DNA of 62,963 nucleotides, filler included, from Basidiobolus ranarum (GCA_040143965.1; 10 parts of 10 records of this genome joined end to end with filler, not necessarily neighbours in it), one strand, 5' to 3'; positions 12,541 through 23,738 are shown, counted from the first letter of the whole stretch. The notes: generated from the letters alone by a model not told the origin. Numbers and translations are program-made.

Positions 12541-12640
12541 NNNNNNNNNNNNNNNNNNNNNNNNNNNNNNNNNNNNNNNNNNNNTTAATTAATTAANNNN
12601 NNNNNNNNNNNNNNNNNNNNNNNNNNNNNNNNNNNNNNNN
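12541..12640. other. Artificial contig linker
   Basis: N44-TTAATTAATTAA-N44. Confidence 0.99.
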
Positions 12641-13457
12641 TTCTCAAATAGTACTGTTCATTGACTATACTACAAGCCTCCACTGGCATATACTCTCGAG
12701 CATCTTAAAGATTAGCATCTATCTTACTAAATAAATAGAGAGTGAGAGTGGTAAGTGTACGTAAACTTGGTAGTTGTCCTTCCTATTTTGAAAGCCCATG
12801 ATAGATGTAAATTTAGGGCTATTCAACTGACCACATCAATGAATTTTATGTCACTTGGTCTGCTACCCAAACTACATCCATCAATTCTAATACATTCTAT
12901 GTAGTGTCGAGAGACCATTCATCTATTTTCCCTTGATTGATGTCTCTAATGGTTAGAAATAAGTCTTTACGATGGTTCGCCATTTTATCTATGGCTTGGT
13001 ATCGTCAAGTATCCATCTTATACGATACTTGACCATACTAGCCGCTATGCCAACCCTCGTCAGTAATGTCCAATACTTCTTACAAAAGTCCAAGTATATC
13101 AAAAATGAATGGAAATCTACTTCTAGCTGTGTTTTTAACTTTCGGTTATCGGCAATAATACTCCCGTGACAAGTAACAAACACCATATTCCATCCGCATA
13201 CATGACATGTAAGTAACGACCATCCAAAATGTACAAATGACATTCTCTTCCTATTCTAGTGAATTGCGGTTTTAGGTGACTACGGATTGCGGACTACGGA
13301 GTTTCAAGTAAATCCATTGCGGAATTCACACCAGATAATCCCAATCGCCGAGAATACGTGGCAGTTTTTCCGAGGTCCAATGAAAGTTCGTTGCTAGGCA
13401 TAACTATATAAAGGAGTATAGATTCTAACTTCATCTCAAGTAACAGACTACTTAGCA

Positions 13458-14426
13458 ATGTCTTCCAAGTGTGCAGTAATTCGTAAGCCTAGCTCTGGCC
13501 AACCAATCGAAACTTCCAATGAAAATTCCAGACCTGATATGGCTGTAGTCAATAATGTGTCATGTGATATGTGTGATGTTCCTACTTTGTCAAAATGCTT
13601 TGCAAAAGTGGTTGACATTTCTCGTCCTGGTTGTAGTTACGGGCACCATAGTTGGGAGCCCGAAAATAGTTCCCCTCCTGAAGATGATGTAGATTGCGTT
13701 AGTAAGGGAGCTAAGGACAAGTTCCCACAAGAATGTGTCAGAAGACACCGGCATATTAGATCTTTTGATAACTTCCCATCTAGACATGTTAGGAAATTCT
13801 GGATTTTTGGTCACAGAAGTGAGTTCCCACATGGGCATGGAGGAAGGCACTGTGTTGCTAGATCCGATGACAGACATTCATATAAGCGAGGCAAAAGGCA
13901 TTGGGCTGGTAAGCATAGACACGATTTCCCACATGGATGCCGACACTGTAATATGGATTCTGATCACATATTCTGGCCAAGTTATGGAAGAAAACACCAT
14001 CATAATGGGCGCAGAGATAAATTACGATCCATACATCGAAGCTATTTTGGCTATGGGTCTGAAGACATGTTGCATCACAAACACGAGCGACATTGGAATA
14101 GTAGACCTGATGACAGACATACGTCTAGGTGTAGAAAAAGTCATTTTGCCCATCATCTTGAATACCCATTGAAGTGTAAAGGGAAACACCACCATTTTTG
14201 GCCAGAAGATAAGATTGAATCTAGACATGATTCAAGAAGCAGGGATGTTTCGTGTGAGGGTAGCTTATTGTCTAGTATTGAGGGGGATGCAGCCCATGAT
14301 TGTTGTTCGAAGGAGGATCAAATCCTTGATGATAATGCCTCAAACTCGGGAAACAAAAGTGAGCCTGAAGAAGATATTGAAAATACTAGTGAATGCGCAA
14401 TGCAGGCTGAAGGCCCAAAGGAATAA
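13458..14426 (+). CDS. Hypothetical His/Arg/Cys-rich protein (322 aa)
   Basis: Intronless ORF with TATATAAA ~50 bp upstream; basic His-rich core flanked by acidic Cys-containing ends; no family recognised. Confidence 0.65.
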   Translation: MSSKCAVIRKPSSGQPIETSNENSRPDMAVVNNVSCDMCDVPTLSKCFAKVVDISRPGCSYGHHSWEPENSSPPEDDVDCVSKGAKDKFPQECVRRHRHIRSFDNFPSRHVRKFWIFGHRSEFPHGHGGRHCVARSDDRHSYKRGKRHWAGKHRHDFPHGCRHCNMDSDHIFWPSYGRKHHHNGRRDKLRSIHRSYFGYGSEDMLHHKHERHWNSRPDDRHTSRCRKSHFAHHLEYPLKCKGKHHHFWPEDKIESRHDSRSRDVSCEGSLLSSIEGDAAHDCCSKEDQILDDNASNSGNKSEPEEDIENTSECAMQAEGPKE

Positions 14427-16095
14427 TTGCAGAGTTAGTCATATGTGAGACTAATTGACAAAGAATCAATACTAACCAAGAGTGATTGAAATACATATCC
14501 ATATCGAGTATATGTTAAATAAATATTGACGCAGTCCAATATCTAGTAATTGTGTGTTAAGTTTCAAAGCCATATGTCTCTTTAATAAGTATTAAATCTC
14601 GGGACGCAATACACCTATGTTCACCTATAATAAAAATCCCTTGATTGTTTAAAAATGGTTCTAACGGCTTATAGTCCTTTTGCTAGATAACCATTCACAA
14701 CTGCTCCATATCAACCACGATTGCGGCAGATGAAATTACCAGAGCTGGGAAAGAAAGCCGTATTTCTCATCGAGTCACAGTCACTCAGAGTGCTCAAAAG
14801 GAAAGAGTAGTAGATATTGCCAATCAATCTTGTGACAACTGGATGATACGAATACTTGGTTTAGCAGAAAAGATTGTCTTTCTATCAAAAATTCTCAAGT
14901 AACTCTTAGGATTATGGTTATATTGTGAGCTACACGATTCTAACTATAGGGTCATTACTGGGGCTTTTATAGTTAGGCATCAAGAGATGGAATATCTAAC
15001 AATGAATTATTGAATGACCAGCGGAGATCCCAGTTTAAAAGGACTGATAATGTAGTGGATAACTGCTTTCCAGCATCAAAGACTATATTGCAAAGGTCTC
15101 CTTCTCCAGCTACTTCTTCGATACTGTTGAGATATTATAGTTCAGCATCTAAATATTCGTATGTCATGTCAATATCATACTTGATGTACATTAATGAATG
15201 ACCTATCAATAGAATTGGTAAACATTATTTCGAGCGTCACTGATATTGAGAATATTCTCTGGTTTAACTCTCTCCATACATCTTCCTCAACTGCAATACT
15301 ATCCTAGAGGTAGAGCCTTGCAGTATTGCCCTTCATTTCTGATGTTAATCAAAATATTGGTTTTCGATTCAACAGAGCGAGAAGTGCATATCATAGATCT
15401 CTTCTACCATCCCAAATACTTTCAAATCATCCATGACATTTATATTTATCTATTGCATCCAATAATTACAGTTTTCTTCATTCAATATCTGGAATGCAGA
15501 ACTAATGAACGAAAGGTTTGTGAAATGGAACAAAATTTAAAGGCTTGCTTATTTTCCATTTTTCTACCTACGAGTATAATCGCTCTATTTCCAATCGAGG
15601 GCTAAATAAAGCTCAAGTAAGAAACTTCAACCTGTTCTCAGAATTGCTTTTCCAATCACTAACCCTTTTGGTCCCTGCCAAGGTCACTCTACTGGAAGAC
15701 TAATAACTGATGAGATTGCATATATTATTACAAAGGTTGAATAGTTATTGGCCTGGCTCTATATTTCGAATTAGATAAAGATACCCTAGTGGCAACTATC
15801 CTCTCATTGACTCCGAATACAAGTCAGGTATTGTACCTTTAATTTCAACTATGATATATCTCTACCAATTACAGCATAAACACAACATATGTTAGATCAC
15901 AGTGCAATTGGGAAAGTGTCGAATATTTAACTAATAGGTACAACATCAGATTTATAGTCACTCAATTAAAAACTACTGGAATTGACTACCAACATACGGC
16001 CAACTTTAAGAATGCATTCTATATACGAAGGTCTAAAAGATAATAGAAATAAGCTTGCTAATAAGGGAAATAACGAATAATCGGATGTTTATATG

Positions 16096-18129
16096 TTAAT
16101 ATTGCTCCTGTTCAGTGGTAACGACTCCTGCTTCATACTTCCATTTTGCAGTATGATCACAGGTACACTTACGAATTCCGATATGGCATTGCTTCTTCCA
16201 GAAGGCCATTCCGATATCAAAAATAGTTTTTGTGTGCTTTGGAGCTCGTGCAGCATATTTCTTCGTCACAATCTGCTCCAACGCTGCCCTCACACTCTCC
16301 TTGAGCATTTGGTTGATGAGTGTAGGTTGGGGATTTGGCTTTTCAAATTGAATAGATTTGAATTCAAAAATCAACATAGTATCTTGTTGAGGAAGTCTAG
16401 GAACCACTACAAGGTCACACCTCCCAAGACCGGATTCAATATTCGACTCTACCTCATAACCTTCTGAACGAAAGAAGATGCACATGCCAAGAACGAACAT
16501 ATGATATACATTCTCACTTGACCCACGAGTTACATCATGATACGAAACACTGGAGAGAAATAATCTTGGAAATTCGTTACAGAACTTAGATGCATTTCCC
16601 CCCATGAGTGAGGTAAGAAGAGAGAGGGTGGCAGGCTGATTATCCGGCGCGATAGCAAACATAATCCACGTCCGCCATTCATTGAAAATCTCTTTATTCG
16701 GGATGATCAGACGCCCATGGCTATTAGTTGTGAGATATCCGGCATAATATAGAAGAGTAAAAAGAGCTCCGTCTCTCGCGCCTCCTGACTCTATGTCAGA
16801 ATACGCTAAGCTGTCCAATATCGTCATCTCCACTCCAGCTTTCAGGTCCTCAGGAGAATGATGGAATGACTCTATGAGGTGGGTTACCATGTGCTTGAAG
16901 GAAACGTTCGAACTCCAGAGATACTGACGAAGTGTAACAGTGGACCCGGTTTGTGTCCAATATGGCTCAAATCTCTTATATTGCATGAATCGCATAATGG
17001 ATACAGGATTATATAAGTGTACTCCGTTTCCGGTGAAGTAACCATTATACCACTCGGCGATATCTTGCATGTCCTCAATACGGTGAGATCTCCCAAGTAC
17101 TTCCTGTACCTCACTCTCAGTAAACCCAAACTTGTCCTCATACAAGGCGAGCGAATCTTCTGTTGATTGGAGGTATAATGGATATACGACAAGGTTATTC
17201 AGGCCAGAAAGAAATCCAGACTGTCCGATTCGCAAAACACCAACAAAGAGTATTTTAAAAATATCTCGGTTGCCCTATATTCCCATTTTATAATAAACAG
17301 CTTGATAAGAAATACTAGCAAAGAGAATAATGAAACCTTGAAATACTTACTTTTGCCAAAGAAGAAAACATAGTATGAAAAAATTCATTGGCTTCATTAT
17401 AAAAGCCTTTGTCGAATGAATGTTCCATAGGCCAATCGTCTCGTCAATTAAAACAATACACTTCTTTCCATGATACCGTACGAGGCAATGTGCTAAAGAT
17501 TTTAAAGAATGCATCATTATGGTGCTATTAGCTTTACCTAGGCATAGCTGTTGAAAAATATCTCGATAAGCTGTAGGTAGATGGTCTTCGAGATAATCAT
17601 ATTGGTTGAAAAGTTCGAGTAGAGTTACACTAAGTGATTCCAACATTGTATCCCAACTGGCAGTATTGAGATCCTAAGAATCCGATTAGTACAATAATCT
17701 AGATATATTATGCTGGTATAGATACCTTTAATGCTACGTGAATCACAGTATAGTTAGCAAAATGCTTGTTCCAAAAGTCAGTTTTCTCTCGAATTAAAAG
17801 ATCATTAAAAAGTTGTTTTCTCTCCTCCAAATCTTCTCCAGGGTAAGGTACTTTGAAGAAGCTTTCTAGCATAGAGAGGTTTGTCGACTTTCCAAAACGA
17901 CGAGGACGAAGGATCAAAGTAACATGTGAGGTATCCATTATGAAATCAGAACATAGTAGAGATTTGTCAACGAAAGTAAAATTTTGGTCACGATATATAT
18001 CAAATATGTCAAGACTAACGGGAAATGTTTGGCTATTACCAACAACACGAACTGAAGCTGTTTGTAATGAAGTAGAGTGAAAAAAATAACCTTTGAAAGA
18101 GTGAAAGATAAGAAAATTTTTTTACTCAT
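16096..18129 (-). pseudogene. AAA-ATPase-like plus PD-(D/E)XK nuclease (DUF1703-type) gene, 4 exons, one frameshift
   Basis: Exons 18129-18126, 18057-17726, 17673-17351 and 17274-16096 with GT-AG introns. FVDKS, Walker A RPRRFGKS, Walker B VLIDE[Y]D, FLSGLNN, WYNGY, LYNP, LLYYAGYLT, IPNKE; nuclease motif ESGLGRCD...FEFK. One base is missing at 17439/17440. The tiny first exon is less certain. Confidence 0.88.
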
Positions 18130-18756
18130 GCTTGTTTATTGTTGCTCGATTCTTATTAGTGAGAAGAGAGTGGTCTTTGCGATCAATAATGAAGAGAGAG
18201 ATAGCAATAGAGAGTGAAACAGTATATTATGTTGAGCGCAATGGAAGTTATAACCAAGTGTAAAAGATTACAGCAGTGGCGCAGCAAATTAAGATCGAAG
18301 ATGTTAAATCTTTAGTGAAAATAGGGAGTAGTTACGCAATCCCAATAAGTAGATAGAAAGCCAGGACTAAATAGATGTGTTAATTGATTTCGATATGATA
18401 AGGCTTTGAATGAAAAAAATCTATAGCAGTCATAATTATTGCTTTCGGAGTGTAAGCATTCTAAATTTGCAGGTATAATAATCAGCAATTCATCTTGTAT
18501 TTCAGTTCTCTATTTAGAGATTTGAGCCTCTTGTTCATTATCTTAAATGAGGCTCTCATTCTGGATCCTTACACAATCATTTGATACAGAAACAGTAATA
18601 GCGGCAAGGGTCTTGTCCTTTCTGTGATAGTTATTGATAGGCTTTAATGCCACTATTAGTATCTACACTGGGGTATGGCACATATAGCAGAAAGCACTAA
18701 ACTAGTGTGTAAGTGATAGTGATAGTATAGTGTTCGAAATGAAGCAATTAGTAATG

Positions 18757-18854
18757 CACCTCATAGAGTCATTCCATCATTCTCCTGAGGACCTGAAAGC
18801 TGGAGTGGAGATGACGATATTGGACAGCTTAGCGTATTCTGACATAGAGTCAGG
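18757..18854 (+). repeat. 98-bp inverted copy of 16784-16881 (part of the AAA-nuclease gene)
   Basis: CACCTCATAGAGTC...GACATAGAGTCAGG reads as the exact reverse complement of 16784-16881; ends at the contig edge. Confidence 0.93.
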
Positions 18855-18954
18855 NNNNNNNNNNNNNNNNNNNNNNNNNNNNNNNNNNNNNNNNNNNNTT
18901 AATTAATTAANNNNNNNNNNNNNNNNNNNNNNNNNNNNNNNNNNNNNNNNNNNN
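18855..18954. other. Artificial contig linker
   Basis: N44-TTAATTAATTAA-N44. Confidence 0.99.
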
Positions 18955-18955
18955 G

Positions 18956-19063
18956 AGTATGGATGAGGCTGAGGTGATTGCTGAAGCGAACAAGCATGCA
19001 CGTGAGGTTGCTGAGAGAGCAGGCTTAGCACCCAAACTTAAGGCCAAGTGGCCTGTTGTTTAA
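18956..19063 (+). CDS. C-terminal fragment, probably a metal-dependent amidohydrolase (MTA/SAH deaminase, AtzA-like)
   Basis: SMDEAEVIAEANKHAREVAERAGLAPKLKAKWPVV* resembles the xDExxIxxEA...RAG...WP tail of this family; only 35 aa are visible. Confidence 0.5.
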   Translation, partial: SMDEAEVIAEANKHAREVAERAGLAPKLKAKWPVV

Positions 19064-19119
19064 ATAACACCCTAAATCACTAAGAGAGGAAGGGGGAGAT
19101 ATTCAAGCGGTTACAGAGA

Positions 19120-19260
19120 ACCCGCTCTTCAAAACTGTATATATCAATTTTATCATTTCATTCTTTGCGGTTTCCCAGTCGACCCGTTCAAAAACTGTAA
19201 ATTTTTATCTTTATTCGTATGGTTCTCAGTCGACCCATTCAAAAACTGTACATTGATTTT
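19120..19260. repeat. Three diverged ~50-60-bp repeats downstream of that stop
   Basis: Recurring ACCC...TTCAAAA(A)CTGTA at ~19120, ~19182 and ~19233; the last two share CAGTCGACCCRTTCAAAAACTGTA. Confidence 0.75.
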
Positions 19261-19330
19261 CGTCTTAATAAATAGGAATAGCACCCTACTTTGTCAGATA
19301 CCTTAGATGATATCATAGAATAGGACTTGG

Positions 19331-20425
19331 TTAAGTGGATTGACTTAACTCATAGGCAAAGCCAGTAACAACTCGAGAGAATTGCAACATGTGATTGTAG
19401 TCAACTGTTTCAATAGTATCATTTGCAGAATGAATGTTCGGATTGGCTGATATATTATCACTTTCAAAATGCAAGGCGGAAGGATAGCCGGCACGGGTCC
19501 ATGACGCATGATCGGAACATCCATATCCACATCTGAACTCGCCAATTCTAAGTGTAGAATAGGCGGTGATCACCTTCTTTAGGAATGTAGTTAAACCTGG
19601 ATCAACGTTGTCTGTCACAACACCAATCACTCCCGTTTTATCGTTGAATCCAGTCATGTCTGACTGTAACATACCGATCACCTTTGTCCTAGCTTCTCTG
19701 TATTGCTTCGCAATATCGCCTGATCCGAGAAGACCTTCTTCTTCGGCTGAATACCAATGGAATTCAATGGGTCGTTTTGGTAGCAGACCACCTTGGACAA
19801 AGCTTCGATATGCTTCTAAGATGGTTACTGTACCACTGCCATCATCATCGGCACCCGGAGCTCTACCAGTGGTGGGATTGTATTGATTGATAGAGTCTTG
19901 ATGAGCTCCAATAATAACTGTCTCATTATTTCCTGATATACCTTCGATCCTTGCAATTATTGACTTCTGGACCCAAGAATGACTTACCTGACGTACACTA
20001 ATTTTCACAGCAGGACTGGTGGCAGTAATGGCAGCTATCTGCTGGTACAACCAGTTAGAGGATTCCACTCCAGTTTGAGATTGGTAATAGCGATTATTAA
20101 ATGTGACAAATTCTCTTAACCAACTCTCCATGTTGGTGGTGTTCAAGGAATCAAGAAACGGTTGAATATCTTGAGCTCCTGATAACTTCTCTGGTAAAGG
20201 AATTATTTCTGGTTTATTGAGTATTTCTAGATCCTGGGTGTCTGTGATATCGATGAAATTTCGAACTCTAGAACTTTGTATCTCCGCTTGAGACACCCAC
20301 TTCGGTGTATCATCATGGGAATATTTGAGTAGACGAAGAGAATCAATGGGTGCGGATGAGAGAGAGAGAGAGGCCAAGATATTGACAGGAATCAATAGGA
20401 CGATGAGAGTACCAATGTTCAGCAT
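19331..20425 (-). CDS. Secreted leucine aminopeptidase, peptidase family M28
   Basis: Signal peptide MLNIGTLIVLLIPVNILASLS; IGAHQDS, APGADDDGSG, SAEEEGLLGS, QSDMTG, CGYGCSDHASW, IHSAND. Confidence 0.95.
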   Translation of the reverse strand: MLNIGTLIVLLIPVNILASLSLSSAPIDSLRLLKYSHDDTPKWVSQAEIQSSRVRNFIDITDTQDLEILNKPEIIPLPEKLSGAQDIQPFLDSLNTTNMESWLREFVTFNNRYYQSQTGVESSNWLYQQIAAITATSPAVKISVRQVSHSWVQKSIIARIEGISGNNETVIIGAHQDSINQYNPTTGRAPGADDDGSGTVTILEAYRSFVQGGLLPKRPIEFHWYSAEEEGLLGSGDIAKQYREARTKVIGMLQSDMTGFNDKTGVIGVVTDNVDPGLTTFLKKVITAYSTLRIGEFRCGYGCSDHASWTRAGYPSALHFESDNISANPNIHSANDTIETVDYNHMLQFSRVVTGFAYELSQST

Positions 20426-20739
20426 ATTATTAGAGTGTAAAAAAAAGTCACAATTCCCTTTCAATTTATACTCTTCTTTTCATTCTAACTCTTGAATGGT
20501 TAACACACTCGGATGATTTTGGTTATAATCTCTCAACAAGATAGGTTTATAAATACATCTATGCTGGCTATTAATACACATATCTATTGTATATGACAGT
20601 TACTAAGCAAGTGATGTATATTATTCGCTGACGAAATATCAGAAAAAGACTGAAAATAGAATGCAAATGTTTGATATCAGAAGTCAAGGGCTAATTTACC
20701 TTTGAATACTACAATATAGTACAACACTAGTAAATTCAC

Positions 20740-21031
20740 CTATACATGATATGCAGGTGGGAGTGTCTGTTGCAGGTCTGTTGGTTCATACTTAGGTACC
20801 GGATCGTACACGTATTCGGGTAAAGCTGTGTAAGTTGGTGGTGTATCGATATTTCTTACGATTGGTTCTCTGGAAGGCCTTACTTCACTATTAGGCCTAT
20901 GCGTAAACGTAAATGGGCGCGAACAAGTTGGAGTGCTTGCAGGATAGTTACGGGTATTGTTAACAAATATTGCAGCCGAAAACAGTATCATAATGATGAT
21001 TCTAGAAGAGGATTGAATGATCTACGTTCAT
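20740..21031 (-). CDS. Small PY-motif membrane protein A (5' end apparently frameshifted)
   Basis: Hydrophobic IIIMILFSAAIFV, then PPTY, LPEY, VPKY and PPAY. TATATAAA at ~21080; the ATG at 21031 (MNVDHSILF) goes out of frame at ~21002; an in-frame ATG lies at 20991. Confidence 0.6.
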
Positions 21032-21387
21032 TTGAATGGTTCTGAGCTTAGCAATTCTGTTTCACAATCCAACTCCTTTATATACCAAATTATGTATTTC
21101 CGTGAATATCCCGATAGTTAATCCATTCACATGTTTAAATAAAAGAGGGACGGGTGTATTTAACCGAAGAGCCGAATTCATATTATATCACAGGATTGCG
21201 TTTCTCATTTCTCGCTTTTCACCTCTCATATTCCCGAATATTACTGTTTTACCCATTAAGTGAGATAATACCGATTCGTCAACCTAGCAAATGAATTAAA
21301 AAGTAAATTAACCGAACAAATAGAAACAAATGAATTTTATCATAAATGAATGCATCAAAATCCTATACAAGGGATATATCGTAAGAT

Positions 21388-21768
21388 TTAGTGATACAGC
21401 GGAAGGGAAGAAGTCACGTCAAATGTTTGCACAAGCGATTGAGGACGTGAATGGTACACTGGAGGAGGATCTATCAAACTTATGCACGATGTTGTATCTA
21501 GGGAATCCCGAGTATAAATGGGCATAAGTCCAGTGGTGCTAGATGATTGTGTTGAATGCGGTGTGTAAACAGGTGGTATGTCCTCTAGAAGGGATTGCGT
21601 CGGTCTCCATACCTGCCTCTCCACGTCTCGCATCTCATCGAGGTCACTATGTTCAGTCTTCATCCTTGCTCGTAGTGATCGAAATGTAATCGCGATAGCC
21701 AGGAGAATTAGAAACGCTGTGAAGGACGCTGCCACATTAACAGTATAATCTGATTGACCTTGGCCCAT
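21388..21768 (-). CDS. Small single-pass PY-motif protein B (126 aa)
   Basis: TM VAASFTAFLILLAIAITF followed by RSLRARMK; PPVY twice and a terminal LPLY; TATAAAA ~45 bp upstream. Confidence 0.8.
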   Translation of the reverse strand: MGQGQSDYTVNVAASFTAFLILLAIAITFRSLRARMKTEHSDLDEMRDVERQVWRPTQSLLEDIPPVYTPHSTQSSSTTGLMPIYTRDSLDTTSCISLIDPPPVYHSRPQSLVQTFDVTSSLPLYH

Positions 21769-22231
21769 GGAAACTAAGTTGTCATCAATGGTTATCTCAT
21801 GAATGTGGTGGTTTTATAGCCAAAGTTTTCATTCTATTCATACAATGCGTTAGTTTCATAAAGATCCCCTTGGCAACAACTCCTTAGTCACTTTCATCAA
21901 TTTGAATCACCCTTCGATTTGTATCAACCGTAGTTCAATCATGGGTTAAGGGGCTGATGAGGTGAGAGAGTCGAAGAGGAGGAATCATATGATGATGCTG
22001 TACGTAATTTAAAGGAAGTAAAACTGACTATAATATGACGCTGAACTCTCTTTAAACCAGGTTTTGAAAGAATGCATAATTGGTTTTATTGAGATAATAT
22101 ACAGATTGCATTAAATAAGACTATTGAGATAGTCTACCGGCATTAAATAAAGTTATGTGATTATCATTACATGAGTATCTATTTGCTGATCTCTAACTAA
22201 CTGGGTGTGTGTATATAAAATATATTACTAG

Positions 22232-22639
22232 TTAGCGCACCAATTGATACACTGGTGGAGGTAGTTGTACTTGCGTTTCTATCGGAATATGACTTGTAGT
22301 GGTAGACTGATACTCGGGCGGTGGTTCAATAATTGGTGGGTCATCCATTGATGGTTGCGATCTCATAAAAGTAGGTACAAACCTACTCAACCCACTGAAA
22401 GCCGGACTCGGTGTATACGATGGAAGGATTTCTGTTACTCCCTCAGGGTTTTCCTCAAGTGCTCTGTTCACACCTCTTTCCAGGCAAGGTGTGTTTTCGA
22501 CGTCTTCTCTCGGTGAATTTAGACTTCGCGTATGGTTCGAGTAGGCAATTAATACTCCCACAAGCATGCCCAACACTACAAATATTCCAATAATTAACCC
22601 AATGATATCTTGAAACCCGATGTCGGAAGTAGAACTCAT
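22232..22639 (-). CDS. Small single-pass PY-motif protein C (135 aa)
   Basis: TM IIGLIIGIFVVLGMLVGVLIAY; LPSY, PPPEY and PPPVY. Confidence 0.85.
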   Translation of the reverse strand: MSSTSDIGFQDIIGLIIGIFVVLGMLVGVLIAYSNHTRSLNSPREDVENTPCLERGVNRALEENPEGVTEILPSYTPSPAFSGLSRFVPTFMRSQPSMDDPPIIEPPPEYQSTTTSHIPIETQVQLPPPVYQLVR

Positions 22640-23273
22640 GAATATAATTTAGAAGAGATTGTTAAGTGGATTAAAGGTTAGATGGATTATTTATAATCAG
22701 ACATTTAGTTTGACCTCATTTTATATGACAAAATCACTTGCACTTAATCCCGTAATTCTGGCTAATTGCACAGCGATTTTTCCGTGTGTTAACCAAATCC
22801 AAACATTTGCACGATGTAATCATCAATTTTTACTCATCTCGCAAATTCAAACACTAAGATGTAGTTTAAAAGTTCAAACATTAATCACAGGACTTGTTCC
22901 CTGTGATAGTGCCAGAGGACAAGTCCACACTATGGAAACAGTGCAAATCTGCTACAAATACTATATAGTAAGAGCATATATATATATACAGAATAGAGTT
23001 GGACACATATATATATATATGCAATATATTCAGATGAGTTTCCATTCTGGTGGCTGTTTGAGCGCTCACGTATTTTAGAACGCCCTTGTCAGAATCACAA
23101 GGTTCATTAACTAGATTTGTTCTATTCTCAGAAGACAGAGAAAGGGAATATGTTACAACTATTACCATACACATGTATATATCTCACAAGACAAACACAA
23201 GGCTGATGTCATATTCCAGAGTTTCATCCATCAGGGTTAAAGTGGCGTTAGAGTGTCACCATAAGTATCGGCC

Positions 23274-23568
23274 ATGTCAATATCAGCTATAAACATCGAA
23301 TTCTTCATGGTGCGCAAGCCCCTTCTTTTACAGATAGTTGTGACCTTTGCTGCCATGATATTCTGTTACTCCCCTTCGGCTCCCATACACGCTTACCTAT
23401 ACGTAGAGTCTCCTACCCTGGAAGAGTCAGCTAGTCCACCATCCTATCGTGCAGATGTTGATGTCTTCAAGTGTTGCCTCAGATATGGTTGTGCAAATAT
23501 TGCCGGCAATTACAACTCCGTCTGGAACAGTGGTGACGATTCCACTACCTTCTTATTCAGATAACTAA
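23274..23568 (+). pseudogene. Pseudogene D, paralog of PY-motif protein F
   Basis: Aligns to 24565-25026 with a 162-nt in-frame deletion (second hydrophobic segment and a PPSY) and a 4-nt frameshift at ~23466. Confidence 0.8.
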
Positions 23569-23738
23569 CATCACATATATACCGTCATTCCACTTTTTTT
23601 ATGTACAAAATTTAGAGTAATCCCAAGAAAAATAAACCATTTCTCAACCGCTTTATCACTATACATTGCCATGTCGTATCTACCTGATGAAGATAGAAGA
23701 AGGTAAACCATCACTCTCAAAATCAGTAGATAGAGTTT

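Noticed and set aside
13590-14228. Alternative-frame ORFs over the His-rich gene
   Set aside because: Shorter, without motifs, and explained by the composition of the main frame.
19120-19260. Spaced repeats as a mini CRISPR array
   Set aside because: Only three degenerate units, the intervening sequence is itself similar, and it lies in a 3' UTR-like region.
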